Shown piece after piece: positions 49,780 through 58,300 of a stretch of DNA of 64,000 nucleotides. Under the pieces are notes generated by a model. The model ran no database searches. It was not told the origin of the DNA and worked only from the letters and a program-made list of their open reading frames with translations. The stretch covers positions 13,034-77,033 of the forward strand of contig CAZWIU010000002.1 in NCBI GenBank assembly GCA_964634105.1. Direction: 5' to 3'. The stretch's first letter is position 1, and each line of letters opens with the position of its first letter. The stretch is from an uncultured Bacteroidales bacterium (lineage in GTDB: Bacteria; Bacteroidota; Bacteroidia; Bacteroidales; UBA10428). Both the position numbers and the translations under genes were made by a program.

Positions 49780-49945
49780 AGTTCTAATTTTTAATTATAC
49801 TTAGGTTTAAAAAAATAACGCTGCAAAGAAATGCAATAATTGAAAAAAAACAAATAAAAATATTGAAATATTGAATCAAAATTAGCTTTTTTTGTTCTTT
49901 TCCTAAGTTAATACCAGCTTTTATTTATTTTTTATTTGTTTGATA

Positions 49946-50512
49946 ATGAAAAAAATAGCCGTTTTTGCTTCAGGTTCCGGATCAAATGCCCAGGCCATTG
50001 CAGAATATTTTAAAAATCATAACTATATTCAGGTGACATGTATTCTTTCAAATCGAAATGATGCTTATGTACTGGAGCGGGCCAAGCAATTGAATATACC
50101 CTCGTATGTATTTAACCGCGAAGATTTCTATAACACTAAATCAGTGCTGAAAATCCTTCAAGAGTACCATATCGATTTCATTGTACTTGCAGGTTTTATG
50201 TGGTTAGTTCCGGAATACCTCATTACAGCTTTCCCGAACCGGATTGTTAACATCCATCCGGCTCTTCTGCCTAAATATGGAGGTAAAGGAATGTATGGGC
50301 AATATGTTCATCAGGCAGTAATAGAACATGGCGAAAAAGAATCGGGGATTACAATTCATTATGTTAATGAGAAGTACGATGAAGGGAATATAATATTCCA
50401 GGAACGTTGCCGGGTAGAACCTGACGACACTCCGGAGACCCTGGCCCGGCGTATTCATGAGCTTGAGTATAAAAATTATCCGAATGTTATTGAAAACCTG
50501 CTAATGAGATAA
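49946..50512 (+). CDS. purN: phosphoribosylglycinamide formyltransferase
   Basis: FASGSGSNAQAI, LAGFM and NIHPALLPKYGG motifs. The ATG at 49946 is preferred over the TTG at 49940 used by the ORF track. Confidence 0.93.
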   Translation: MKKIAVFASGSGSNAQAIAEYFKNHNYIQVTCILSNRNDAYVLERAKQLNIPSYVFNREDFYNTKSVLKILQEYHIDFIVLAGFMWLVPEYLITAFPNRIVNIHPALLPKYGGKGMYGQYVHQAVIEHGEKESGITIHYVNEKYDEGNIIFQERCRVEPDDTPETLARRIHELEYKNYPNVIENLLMR

Positions 50513-51775
50513 ATTTTTAAGGTATAGCTTTACAGCCGAGTGCAGTGATTTGACTGTCTGAATTTTAACTGAGTCAAATGCCCTCAGATTTTCAGGATGA
50601 ACAGGTTCAACCGGGGGAGCTTCTACTTTTAAAGGATCGACAGGGCTTCCATTCTTATAAAACCGAAAATCGAGGTGAGGACCCGTAGCAAGGCCTGTAC
50701 TTCCTACATATCCTATCACATCACCTTGTCGGACATACGTGCCTGTAGCAATTCCGGGTGCAAATCCGGATAAATGAAGATATGCAGTAGTATAGATACT
50801 ATTATGCCTGATTTTAATATAATTTCCCCCTCCATTATTATAACCTCTTTTTGCCTCGATAATCTTACCATCGCCAATAGCCTGAACAGGAGTACCGGTG
50901 GGTGCAGCATAATCAACACCGTGATGCGGGCGCCGAATTTTTAATACAGGATGCACGCGTGAATGTGAATAACGGGAACTAATCCTTGAGAAACGAAGCG
51001 GGGCTTTTAAAAAAGCCTTTCGCAGACTATTTCCTTCCAGATCATAATAACTTTCAACACTATCCTGAACAAAGGGAATGGCATAAAAATCTGTTCCCGA
51101 ACTGCGAAAATAGGCCGCATGGATACGACCCAGCCCGATTGAAACCGAATCGACATAAAGCTCATCATAGATAACAGAGAAACTATCGGCGGGTTGAAGA
51201 CCAAAAAAATCGATACTCCAGGCATAGATCTCCGAAAGTTCATTGGCAAGTACCGGATTATATTTTTTGCTCATCATAGCATCCCACAATGAAGTCTTAA
51301 TACTTCCCGAGGCATATTGGCGGTTGACTATCATCGCTTTCTTCCCAATTTCAATAGTAACTGTATCGCTAAAAGAGAATGTGACAAAATCAACAGGTGT
51401 ATGTTCATAAACAAAATAGCGAAGAGTTGAAAGCGAATCTTTCTCAAGAAATACCGTATACTTGTTTCTTGCGCGGATTTTTCTCAGGTCAAAAACCGGA
51501 TTTTCAATGGTTAAAAGCCTTTGTATACTGCCATCAGGCAAATTATAGTTTGCCAGAATGGTAAGCAGCATTTCATTCTTTCTTACATAATCTGTCAATA
51601 CATAGAACGAGTCAACAGGAATATTATACATTCTGACAGGCTCAATCGTTGCCACGATTGAATCTGCGGTCTCAATTTCAGGTTCTTTAACAGAAGGAAT
51701 ATACTGATACCTGATAAAGTAGATAATACCAGATGTAGCGATCAGCGTTAATAAAATAATGACTGACCATTTCAT
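50501..51775 (-). CDS. M23-family metallopeptidase (membrane-anchored)
   Basis: HHGVDYAAPTGTPV and GSTGLATGPHLDF motifs. The ATG at 51775 (MKWSVIILLTLIATSG, signal anchor) is preferred; the ORF-track TTG at 51808 overlaps the leuS 3' end. Confidence 0.88.
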   Translation of the reverse strand: MKWSVIILLTLIATSGIIYFIRYQYIPSVKEPEIETADSIVATIEPVRMYNIPVDSFYVLTDYVRKNEMLLTILANYNLPDGSIQRLLTIENPVFDLRKIRARNKYTVFLEKDSLSTLRYFVYEHTPVDFVTFSFSDTVTIEIGKKAMIVNRQYASGSIKTSLWDAMMSKKYNPVLANELSEIYAWSIDFFGLQPADSFSVIYDELYVDSVSIGLGRIHAAYFRSSGTDFYAIPFVQDSVESYYDLEGNSLRKAFLKAPLRFSRISSRYSHSRVHPVLKIRRPHHGVDYAAPTGTPVQAIGDGKIIEAKRGYNNGGGNYIKIRHNSIYTTAYLHLSGFAPGIATGTYVRQGDVIGYVGSTGLATGPHLDFRFYKNGSPVDPLKVEAPPVEPVHPENLRAFDSVKIQTVKSLHSAVKLYLKNLSH

Positions 51776-51794
51776 GGAAAGTTTTTGGAAAATA

Positions 51795-54458
51795 TTACCT
51801 GACGACAATGTTCACTATTTTGTTAGGTACGACAATAATTTTAATTATTTCCTTGCCTTCGATCCATTTAGTTGTTTTTTCATTTTCCAACACTCCCTTT
51901 TCAATTTCTGCGACCGTTAGGTTGCGAGGGAAAGTCATTTTGAATCGTAATTTGCCATTGAAAGAAACAGGATATTCGAATGAATCTTCAACCAGGAATG
52001 CTTCATTCACTTCAGGCCAGGGTACGTAGGTAATTGTTTCAGATCCTCCGTATAAGTTCCAGAGTTCTTCTGCCAGATGGGGCGCAAAAGGAGAAAGGAG
52101 TTGGCTGAATATTTTAGCAGTACCGGCTGATATTCTTCCGGACTTGATGGCCAGGTTTTTAAAAATCATCAGTTGTGAAATTGCTGTATTAAATTTCAGG
52201 TTCTCGATATCAGAAGTCACTTTTTGGATGGTTTGATGCAATCCTTTCAGGATTTCGGGTGATTCCTCTTCCTGATGTATGTTATTCAGATCGGCAAAGA
52301 ATCGATAGACCTGGTTAAGAAAGTTATATACCCCCCTTACCCCGGTTTCTGTCCATGGTTTGGTAGCATCAAGAGGGCCCATGAACATTTCATAGAGCCT
52401 GAGACTATCTGCACCATAATTGGCAACAACCTCGTCGGGATTTACCACATTTTTGAGTGTTTTAGACATCTTAGCTACGATCTGTCGAAGTTCTTCGCCT
52501 GAAGATTTATGGAAGAATCTCCCATCGCGTTCATCCACCTCGTCGGATGGGACTTTCGATCCGGCCTGGGTCTCATACGCAAAAGCAAGGATCATTCCCT
52601 GATTAAACAGTTTCTTATAAGGTTCATTGGTTGAGACTATTCCAAGATCGTAGAGTACCTTGTGCCAGAAGCGGCTGTATAATAAGTGCAGAACAGCATG
52701 TTCAGCACCTCCTATGTATAAATCGACCGGCATCCAATATTTTTCTTTACCTGCATCGAAGGGAGCTTTGTTATTCGTTGGATCGATATATCGTAAATAG
52801 TACCAGCAAGAACCGGCCCACTGTGGCATTGTATTCGTTTCACGACGGCCCTTTCTCCCGTTTTTATCTTTTACTATGAGCCAATTATCGGCATTTGCCA
52901 ATGGAGACTCGCCATTTTCACCGGGCTGGAATTTCTCCAGTTGTGGCAAACACAGCGGTAATTCATTATCATCAAGCACAGAAATTTCACCATCTTCCCA
53001 ATGAATGACAGGGAAAGGCTCTCCCCAATATCGTTGACGGCTAAAAAGCCAGTCGCGCAATTTATAGTTCACAGCAGCCTTCCCGAGATTTTTTTGATCA
53101 AGCCACCCAATCACAGTCTTGATCCCTTTCTCTTTATTCATGCCATTGATATCAAGTCCGTTGCTCCCGGCTGAATTGATATATTTCCCATCTTCGGTCC
53201 AACATGCCTCACCAGCAAGCACCCGATTCCTCAGAGATTGATCTTCAGTTTCAGGATCCATGATACAGATGATGGGAAGTTTGAATTTCCGGGCAAATTC
53301 AAAATCTCTTGTATCATGAGCGGGAACAGCCATGATTGCTCCAGTTCCATATCCCATTAGCACATAATCGGCTACCCATACAGGTATTTTTTTACCATTA
53401 ACCGGATTGACAGCATAGCGGCCGGTGAATACACCTGTTTTTTCCCTGGCAAGGTCGGTGCGATCGAGATCTGATTTAATAGAAGCCTCCTTAATATAGG
53501 CATTAACTTTATCAGCTTGTTCGGGAGTAGTGATGATGCTTACCAGATCGTGTTCAGGTGCAATGACCATATAGGTTGCTCCGAAAAGAGTATCGGGCCT
53601 GGTAGTGTATACGCGCAGAGGTTTATCAAAACCCTCGAGTTCAAAATCTACCTCGGCTCCGGTTGATTTACCTATCCAGTTTCTCTGCATATCTTTCACA
53701 CTTTCGGGCCAATCATTCAACTCATCCAATCCTGCGAGCAAGCGTTCCGCATAGTGTGGAATCCGCAACATCCATTGCTTAAGGTTTTTTCTGACGACTT
53801 CTTTCGTTCCACATTTTTCATGCGACCCATCGTTAAGAACTTCTTCATTAGCACATACGATCTGACAGTTGTTGCACCACCAAACCTGCGCATTATCGTA
53901 ATAAGCCAGCCGTTTGGAATCGATGTACTGACGAACTGCATAATTCCCCTTTGATTTTATACTATCAGGAATAGTCAGCTCGTTAACAGGCCGGCCTTTC
54001 TGTAATTCAGTATCGAACCATGTATTGTATAAACGAATAAATATCCATTGAGTCCATCGAAAGTACTCCGGGTCAGTAGTATTGATCTCTCTATCCCAGT
54101 CATAGCTTAGACCAAGTGATTTTATCTGTCTCCGGAAGGTATCGCAGTTTTGCTTCGTAGTAATGGAGGGATGAGTGCCTGTCTGAATCGCATATTGTTC
54201 AGCTGGTAAGCCAAATGCATCCCATCCCATAGGATGAAGAACATTAAATCCCTTCATTCTTTTATAACGGCTAACAATGTCGGTAGCTGTATAACCCTCC
54301 GGATGACCTACATGTAAACCACTTCCGGACGGATAGGGGAACATATCAAGTGCATAGAATTTATTCTTATTTGTATAATCATCATTTGTCTTAAAAGTCT
54401 TTTCCCTTTCCCAATACTCCTGCCATTTCTTTTCAATAGCCGTGAAATTATACTCCAT
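51795..54458 (-). CDS. leuS: leucine--tRNA ligase
   Basis: HIGH-type motif (LHVGHPEGY), KMSKS motif (KMSKTLKN) and the typical N-terminus [16 protein letters not shown]. Confidence 0.96.
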   Translation of the reverse strand: MEYNFTAIEKKWQEYWEREKTFKTNDDYTNKNKFYALDMFPYPSGSGLHVGHPEGYTATDIVSRYKRMKGFNVLHPMGWDAFGLPAEQYAIQTGTHPSITTKQNCDTFRRQIKSLGLSYDWDREINTTDPEYFRWTQWIFIRLYNTWFDTELQKGRPVNELTIPDSIKSKGNYAVRQYIDSKRLAYYDNAQVWWCNNCQIVCANEEVLNDGSHEKCGTKEVVRKNLKQWMLRIPHYAERLLAGLDELNDWPESVKDMQRNWIGKSTGAEVDFELEGFDKPLRVYTTRPDTLFGATYMVIAPEHDLVSIITTPEQADKVNAYIKEASIKSDLDRTDLAREKTGVFTGRYAVNPVNGKKIPVWVADYVLMGYGTGAIMAVPAHDTRDFEFARKFKLPIICIMDPETEDQSLRNRVLAGEACWTEDGKYINSAGSNGLDINGMNKEKGIKTVIGWLDQKNLGKAAVNYKLRDWLFSRQRYWGEPFPVIHWEDGEISVLDDNELPLCLPQLEKFQPGENGESPLANADNWLIVKDKNGRKGRRETNTMPQWAGSCWYYLRYIDPTNNKAPFDAGKEKYWMPVDLYIGGAEHAVLHLLYSRFWHKVLYDLGIVSTNEPYKKLFNQGMILAFAYETQAGSKVPSDEVDERDGRFFHKSSGEELRQIVAKMSKTLKNVVNPDEVVANYGADSLRLYEMFMGPLDATKPWTETGVRGVYNFLNQVYRFFADLNNIHQEEESPEILKGLHQTIQKVTSDIENLKFNTAISQLMIFKNLAIKSGRISAGTAKIFSQLLSPFAPHLAEELWNLYGGSETITYVPWPEVNEAFLVEDSFEYPVSFNGKLRFKMTFPRNLTVAEIEKGVLENEKTTKWIEGKEIIKIIVVPNKIVNIVVR

Positions 54459-54487
54459 GGATTCGAATTATTTGAATTTCAAGTGCA

Positions 54488-54495
54488 CAAATGTA
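54488..54495 (-). promoter_or_regulatory. candidate -7 box (TACATTTG) for leuS
   Basis: The minus strand reads TACATTTG about 30 nt upstream of the leuS ATG. No clean -33 TTTG is seen. Confidence 0.35.
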
Positions 54496-54561
54496 TAAAA
54501 ATTGAATAAAGTAACCCTGTTGGAATTGGCAATTAGTTTCGAATGCTAATGAAAAAATTCT

Positions 54562-54569
54562 TACTTTTG
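54562..54569 (+). promoter_or_regulatory. candidate -7 box (TACTTTTG) driving the tRNA-Arg / GIY-YIG unit
   Basis: It matches TAnnTTTG and ends 10 nt before the truncated tRNA copy at 54580. No comparable box lies directly upstream of the intact tRNA at 54913. Confidence 0.4.
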
Positions 54570-54579
54570 CGCGCAAGCT

Positions 54580-54628
54580 GGTCCCGTAGTTCAGCTGAAT
54601 ACCTGGCCGGCAGGCAGGGAACGTCAGA
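54580..54628 (+). pseudogene. truncated copy of the tRNA-Arg(CCG) 5' half, with a 17-nt GC hairpin inserted in the D-loop
   Basis: 54580-54601 and 54619-54628 are identical to 54913-54934 and 54935-54944 of the intact tRNA. The segment 54602-54618 (cctggccggcaggcagg) is extra. Similarity stops in the anticodon loop. Confidence 0.8.
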
Positions 54629-54683
54629 ATCTTTAAATACTGATTAACGAATGGATTCAGCCAGGAAGGAATAACATCAGGAG

Positions 54684-54935
54684 ATGCATTATGTGTACGC
54701 AATTCAAAGCAAAAAGGACGGTAGAATATATGTTGGTTTCACCACAGACTTAAATAAGAGATTAAAAGAACATAATAGTGGCAAGACAAAATCAACAAAG
54801 TTTTATATTCCTTGGAAAATCATTTACTTTGAAGTTTGTATAAACAGAATGGAAGCCAGAAATCGCGAAAAATACTGGAAAAGCGGATATGGCAAAGAAA
54901 TTTTTAAAAAAAGGTCCCGTAGTTCAGCTGAATAG
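54684..54935 (+). CDS. small GIY-YIG nuclease-family protein (catalytic domain only)
   Basis: 83 aa: YVYAIQSKKDGRIYVGFTTDLNKRLKEHNSG...PW.IIY.E.....EA..REKYWKSG.GKE. The last 23 nt, including the TAG stop, are the 5' end of tRNA-Arg(CCG). Confidence 0.8.
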   Translation: MHYVYAIQSKKDGRIYVGFTTDLNKRLKEHNSGKTKSTKFYIPWKIIYFEVCINRMEARNREKYWKSGYGKEIFKKRSRSSAE

Positions 54936-54986
54936 AACGTCAGATTCCGGTTCTGAAAGTCGGGGGTTTGAATCCCTCCGGGATCA
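54913..54986 (+). tRNA. tRNA-Arg (anticodon CCG)
   Basis: Manual cloverleaf: acceptor ggtcccg/cgggatc, D arm gttc-agctgaata-gaac, anticodon arm tcaga-ttCCGgt-tctga, variable aagtc, T arm ggggg-tttgaat-ccctc, discriminator A. No encoded CCA. Confidence 0.85.
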
Positions 54987-55008
54987 CAAATGCATAGTAA
55001 GAGTGAGT

Positions 55009-55063
55009 GTGAGAGCGAGTTAAGAGTGTCATATATAATCTCACACTCTTAACTCACTCTCAC
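55009..55063. repeat. 21 bp imperfect hairpin of GAGTG-type low-complexity sequence between the two tRNA genes
   Basis: gtgagag-c-gagttaagagtgt (55009-55029) pairs with acactcttaactc-a-ctctcac (55043-55063), with one mismatch and a 13-nt AT loop. A related gagagtgag motif recurs after the second tRNA (about 55160-55175). Confidence 0.7.
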
Positions 55064-55072
55064 TCTGTTCAT

Positions 55073-55146
55073 GGCCTAGTAGCTCAATTGGATAGAGCAT
55101 CAGACTTCGGATCTGAGGGTTGAGGGTTCAAATCCTTCCTAGGTCA
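55073..55146 (+). tRNA. tRNA-Arg (anticodon TCG)
   Basis: Manual cloverleaf: acceptor ggcctag/ctaggtc, D arm gctc-aattggata-gagc, anticodon arm tcaga-ctTCGga-tctga, variable gggtt, T arm gaggg-ttcaaat-ccttc, discriminator A. Confidence 0.88.
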
Positions 55147-55319
55147 CACTGACAGAGCAAAAACGAGAGTGAGATAGAAGAGATCAAAACTATTTTCTAG
55201 AATAGGCTGAATACAAAAAGTTAACTGGAAACAGCCAGCCTCCGGATACTGGTCTACAGGCATCCTGGTTTTAAATAAAATGATTGATTTAATCTGGCCA
55301 GCGACCAACAAAAGAACTA

Positions 55320-58300
55320 TTAATTTCCTCCGATCATGAAGTGTAGGCGATTATAAATATTTGCCTCACTCATTCCGTTGTCAAAATCGAGGAATAGCAA
55401 GTTAAGATTCGGATAAAATTCCCGCGTACGTTTTTCGATACCTTTTGATATTATCTGGTTAGCTATACAACCAAAAGGCTGCAAGCTTACAATATTATTT
55501 ACACCCTCCTCTGCAAAACGTGCATACTCTCCGGCAATGCTCCATCCTTCACCAAACTGGGAATTAATATTTATAATACGTGAAGCCTTTTCGGCCTCCT
55601 TATGCGGACTCTCAATAGATCGTATGTATGGGAACCGGCTTATTGCAGATTCCATTTTCTCAATAACCCTGAAAAGATAATTTTCTATATAATCCAGCGC
55701 AAATTTTGGGATGTTTCTTTTATGTATATTCTCCTTAAAGCGAGCTTCCATGTTAGCAAACGAAGAAAGGAAAAAATTTGATAAAGGAGGCAGGATTGGT
55801 TCCACACCTTGCGAAAGTAACCATTTTACTATATTCTTATGTCCAAAATCGTTATACTTTACATAAATTTCACCAACGATACCAATTCGCGGAACATCTA
55901 TCTTATCCAGCGCCTGAGAAAATTCTTCTGCTGCCGAGGATACCAGATCAAAAAATTCTTCCGGTTTATTTCTTACAATGACATTAACGCCAAGATTAAT
56001 ATATTTTTCCCTAAGCGTTGAAGCAATACCTTCTTCTCTCTCACGCGGGACAGTGGCGTAATACATTTGTGAAAGATAGTCGGCATAAAGAGTTGTGTTT
56101 ACAATTACCTTATAAACCTTTCTAAGCTTCAACGAAAATCCTGGTTGATTATTCAGGGTGGAAGATTTATTCAAAGCAATAGAAATAACCGGTACATCCT
56201 TAAAGCCGGCAGAGATTATTGCTTTCTTTACAAGAGAAAGATAATTAGTTGCGCGGCATTGACCTCCCGTTTGTGAAATGGCCAGTGCAACCTCACTCGT
56301 CTTATACCTGCCGCTGTTCAAAGCTTTAATAAAGTCGCCCACCACCAGGGTGGCCGGGTAACAGATTTCATTGTTCGAGTATTTAAGCCCATACTCGGCG
56401 GATAGTTGATCACTTGGAGGCAGGTTCTCACAATCGTAGCCAACCAGTCTGAAAACCGGCGGAATAAAAGGAGCATAAAAATCGCCGAACCATGGGATCA
56501 GGATCTTTCTCTTTCTGTCGTTCTTAGTAAATAAAGGTGTATGCACAACACCAGCTGATGCGGTCTTATTACCCGAAACACTATATTTAAGACTATCTAT
56601 TAATGATCTTATTCTCAAACGAACCGATCCTGTATTACTGATGTCGTCAACCTTGAGTAGGGTAGCATTTTTCCCTTTTGAACGAAGTATATCAGTAACT
56701 TCATCAATAATAAATGCATCGGGGCCGCATCCAAAAGAGGTGATCTCAACAAAGTGAACGTTGGCAGGAGCCCGGGCTGTCCATTGTGCCGCTCGAATAA
56801 TCCTGTTAATATAGGCCCACTGCATGATTGTATTAAATTCGTCGTTGTCGGCATTATAATTTCTGGCAATAGCTTCGGTGATGACGTCTGCGCCATAGCT
56901 TGAAAAAATATCTGCAATTTTATGCTGTATGAGAGGATCGGAGTGGTAAGGTCTGCCAGCAAGTAAGATGACCAGCCGGTTTTCACGATTAGCTTTCTCG
57001 CATATTTCAGAGGCCCGCTTCATTAGTGTTTCATCATAGGTTTTCTGTTCTAACAGAGCCAAGTTGAAGATGCGTTCAAATTTCGTTCGTTCTATTTTGT
57101 TATAAATTTTATTTCGATTATTAATCCTATCAACCTTACTAATCGATTGGATATACGCATAGCATCCTTTTCTCAGAAGATCCTCATCTTTAAAAGTTAT
57201 TGCCGGAGAATCGAAAGGAATTCCATATCCGGAAAGAGGATTGATCGCGCTCCTGATCACTTCGGAATAACCTGTTACAATAGGACAGTTATAACTATTA
57301 GCAGAAGCTTTATCTTCAATACTTTCATAAACAACAAATGGCAGGAATATTCTGTCGACGCCCTTTTCAACCAGGTTGATTATATGACCATTTGTCAGTT
57401 TCGCAGGATAACAGATATTGTCTGCCATTACGCTGCTGGCACCCTTTTCATATAAATTGACAGTACTTTCATCCGATAACACAACATTATATCCGCATCC
57501 GGTAAAAAGTTTATGCCAGAAAGGGTAATTCTCGTATATCCCCAGCGCTCTTGGAATACCTATTGTTATTGCCGAAGAATCCACAGGTGCTTTTCGGTTA
57601 AACAAGAGCCGGAGCTTTTCTGCATACTGATTGATCCCGGGTTTGTATTTCTCGCCGGTATTGTTGAATATCTTTTCGCACTTATTACCCGAATAGTATC
57701 TGTTCCCATTTGCAAAATCATAGCGCGTAACGAAACAGGAATTTTCACACCCTTTGCATACAATAATGGAATTCTTGTTTATCTGAGTTTTCAACAGATT
57801 TATAAGCGGGACAAGCCTGGGAGGATTCTGTGATGAACGCTGAATTGCGAACAAAGCTGCTCCGAAAGCGCCCATAAGTTCGGGGTAATCGGTAATCATA
57901 ACGCTTTTCCCCGTTTCCTTCTCAAGCGCCCTGATAATGGATTTGTTACGGAATGCACCTCCCTGCACCATAATATTATCACCTAATTCAGAAACATCTT
58001 TAATTTTAAGAACCTTATTTAAACAGTTCTTAATTACCGAATAAGCAAGACCCGCAGAGATATCCGCAACAGGAGAACCTTCCCGTATATATTGCTTCAC
58101 CTTTGAATTCATGAATACTGTGCAACGTGTTCCAAGATCGCAAGGGCTGGTTGATTTACATGCAATATCGGAGAATTCACTTACATGCAGGTTCAGACTG
58201 CTTGCGAAAGTCTCGATGAATCCACCACAGCCAGATGAACAGGCCTCGTTTATCTCCAGCCTTTTTATAGCTCCATTCTCAATAAACAGGGCTTTCATAT

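Noticed and set aside
54448-54702. The 84-aa minus-strand ORF spanning the leuS upstream region.
   Set aside because: It runs antisense through the truncated tRNA copy, the promoter boxes and the start of the GIY-YIG gene. It has no motifs and is almost certainly spurious.
54580-54986. The idea that the GIY-YIG ORF sits in a group I intron or split tRNA, with exon 1 at 54580-54628 and exon 2 downstream.
   Set aside because: A complete, foldable 74-nt tRNA is present downstream, so no splicing is needed. The upstream copy carries a 17-nt D-loop insertion that would wreck it. I see no P1-P9-like group I core. A duplication or insertion scenario fits better.
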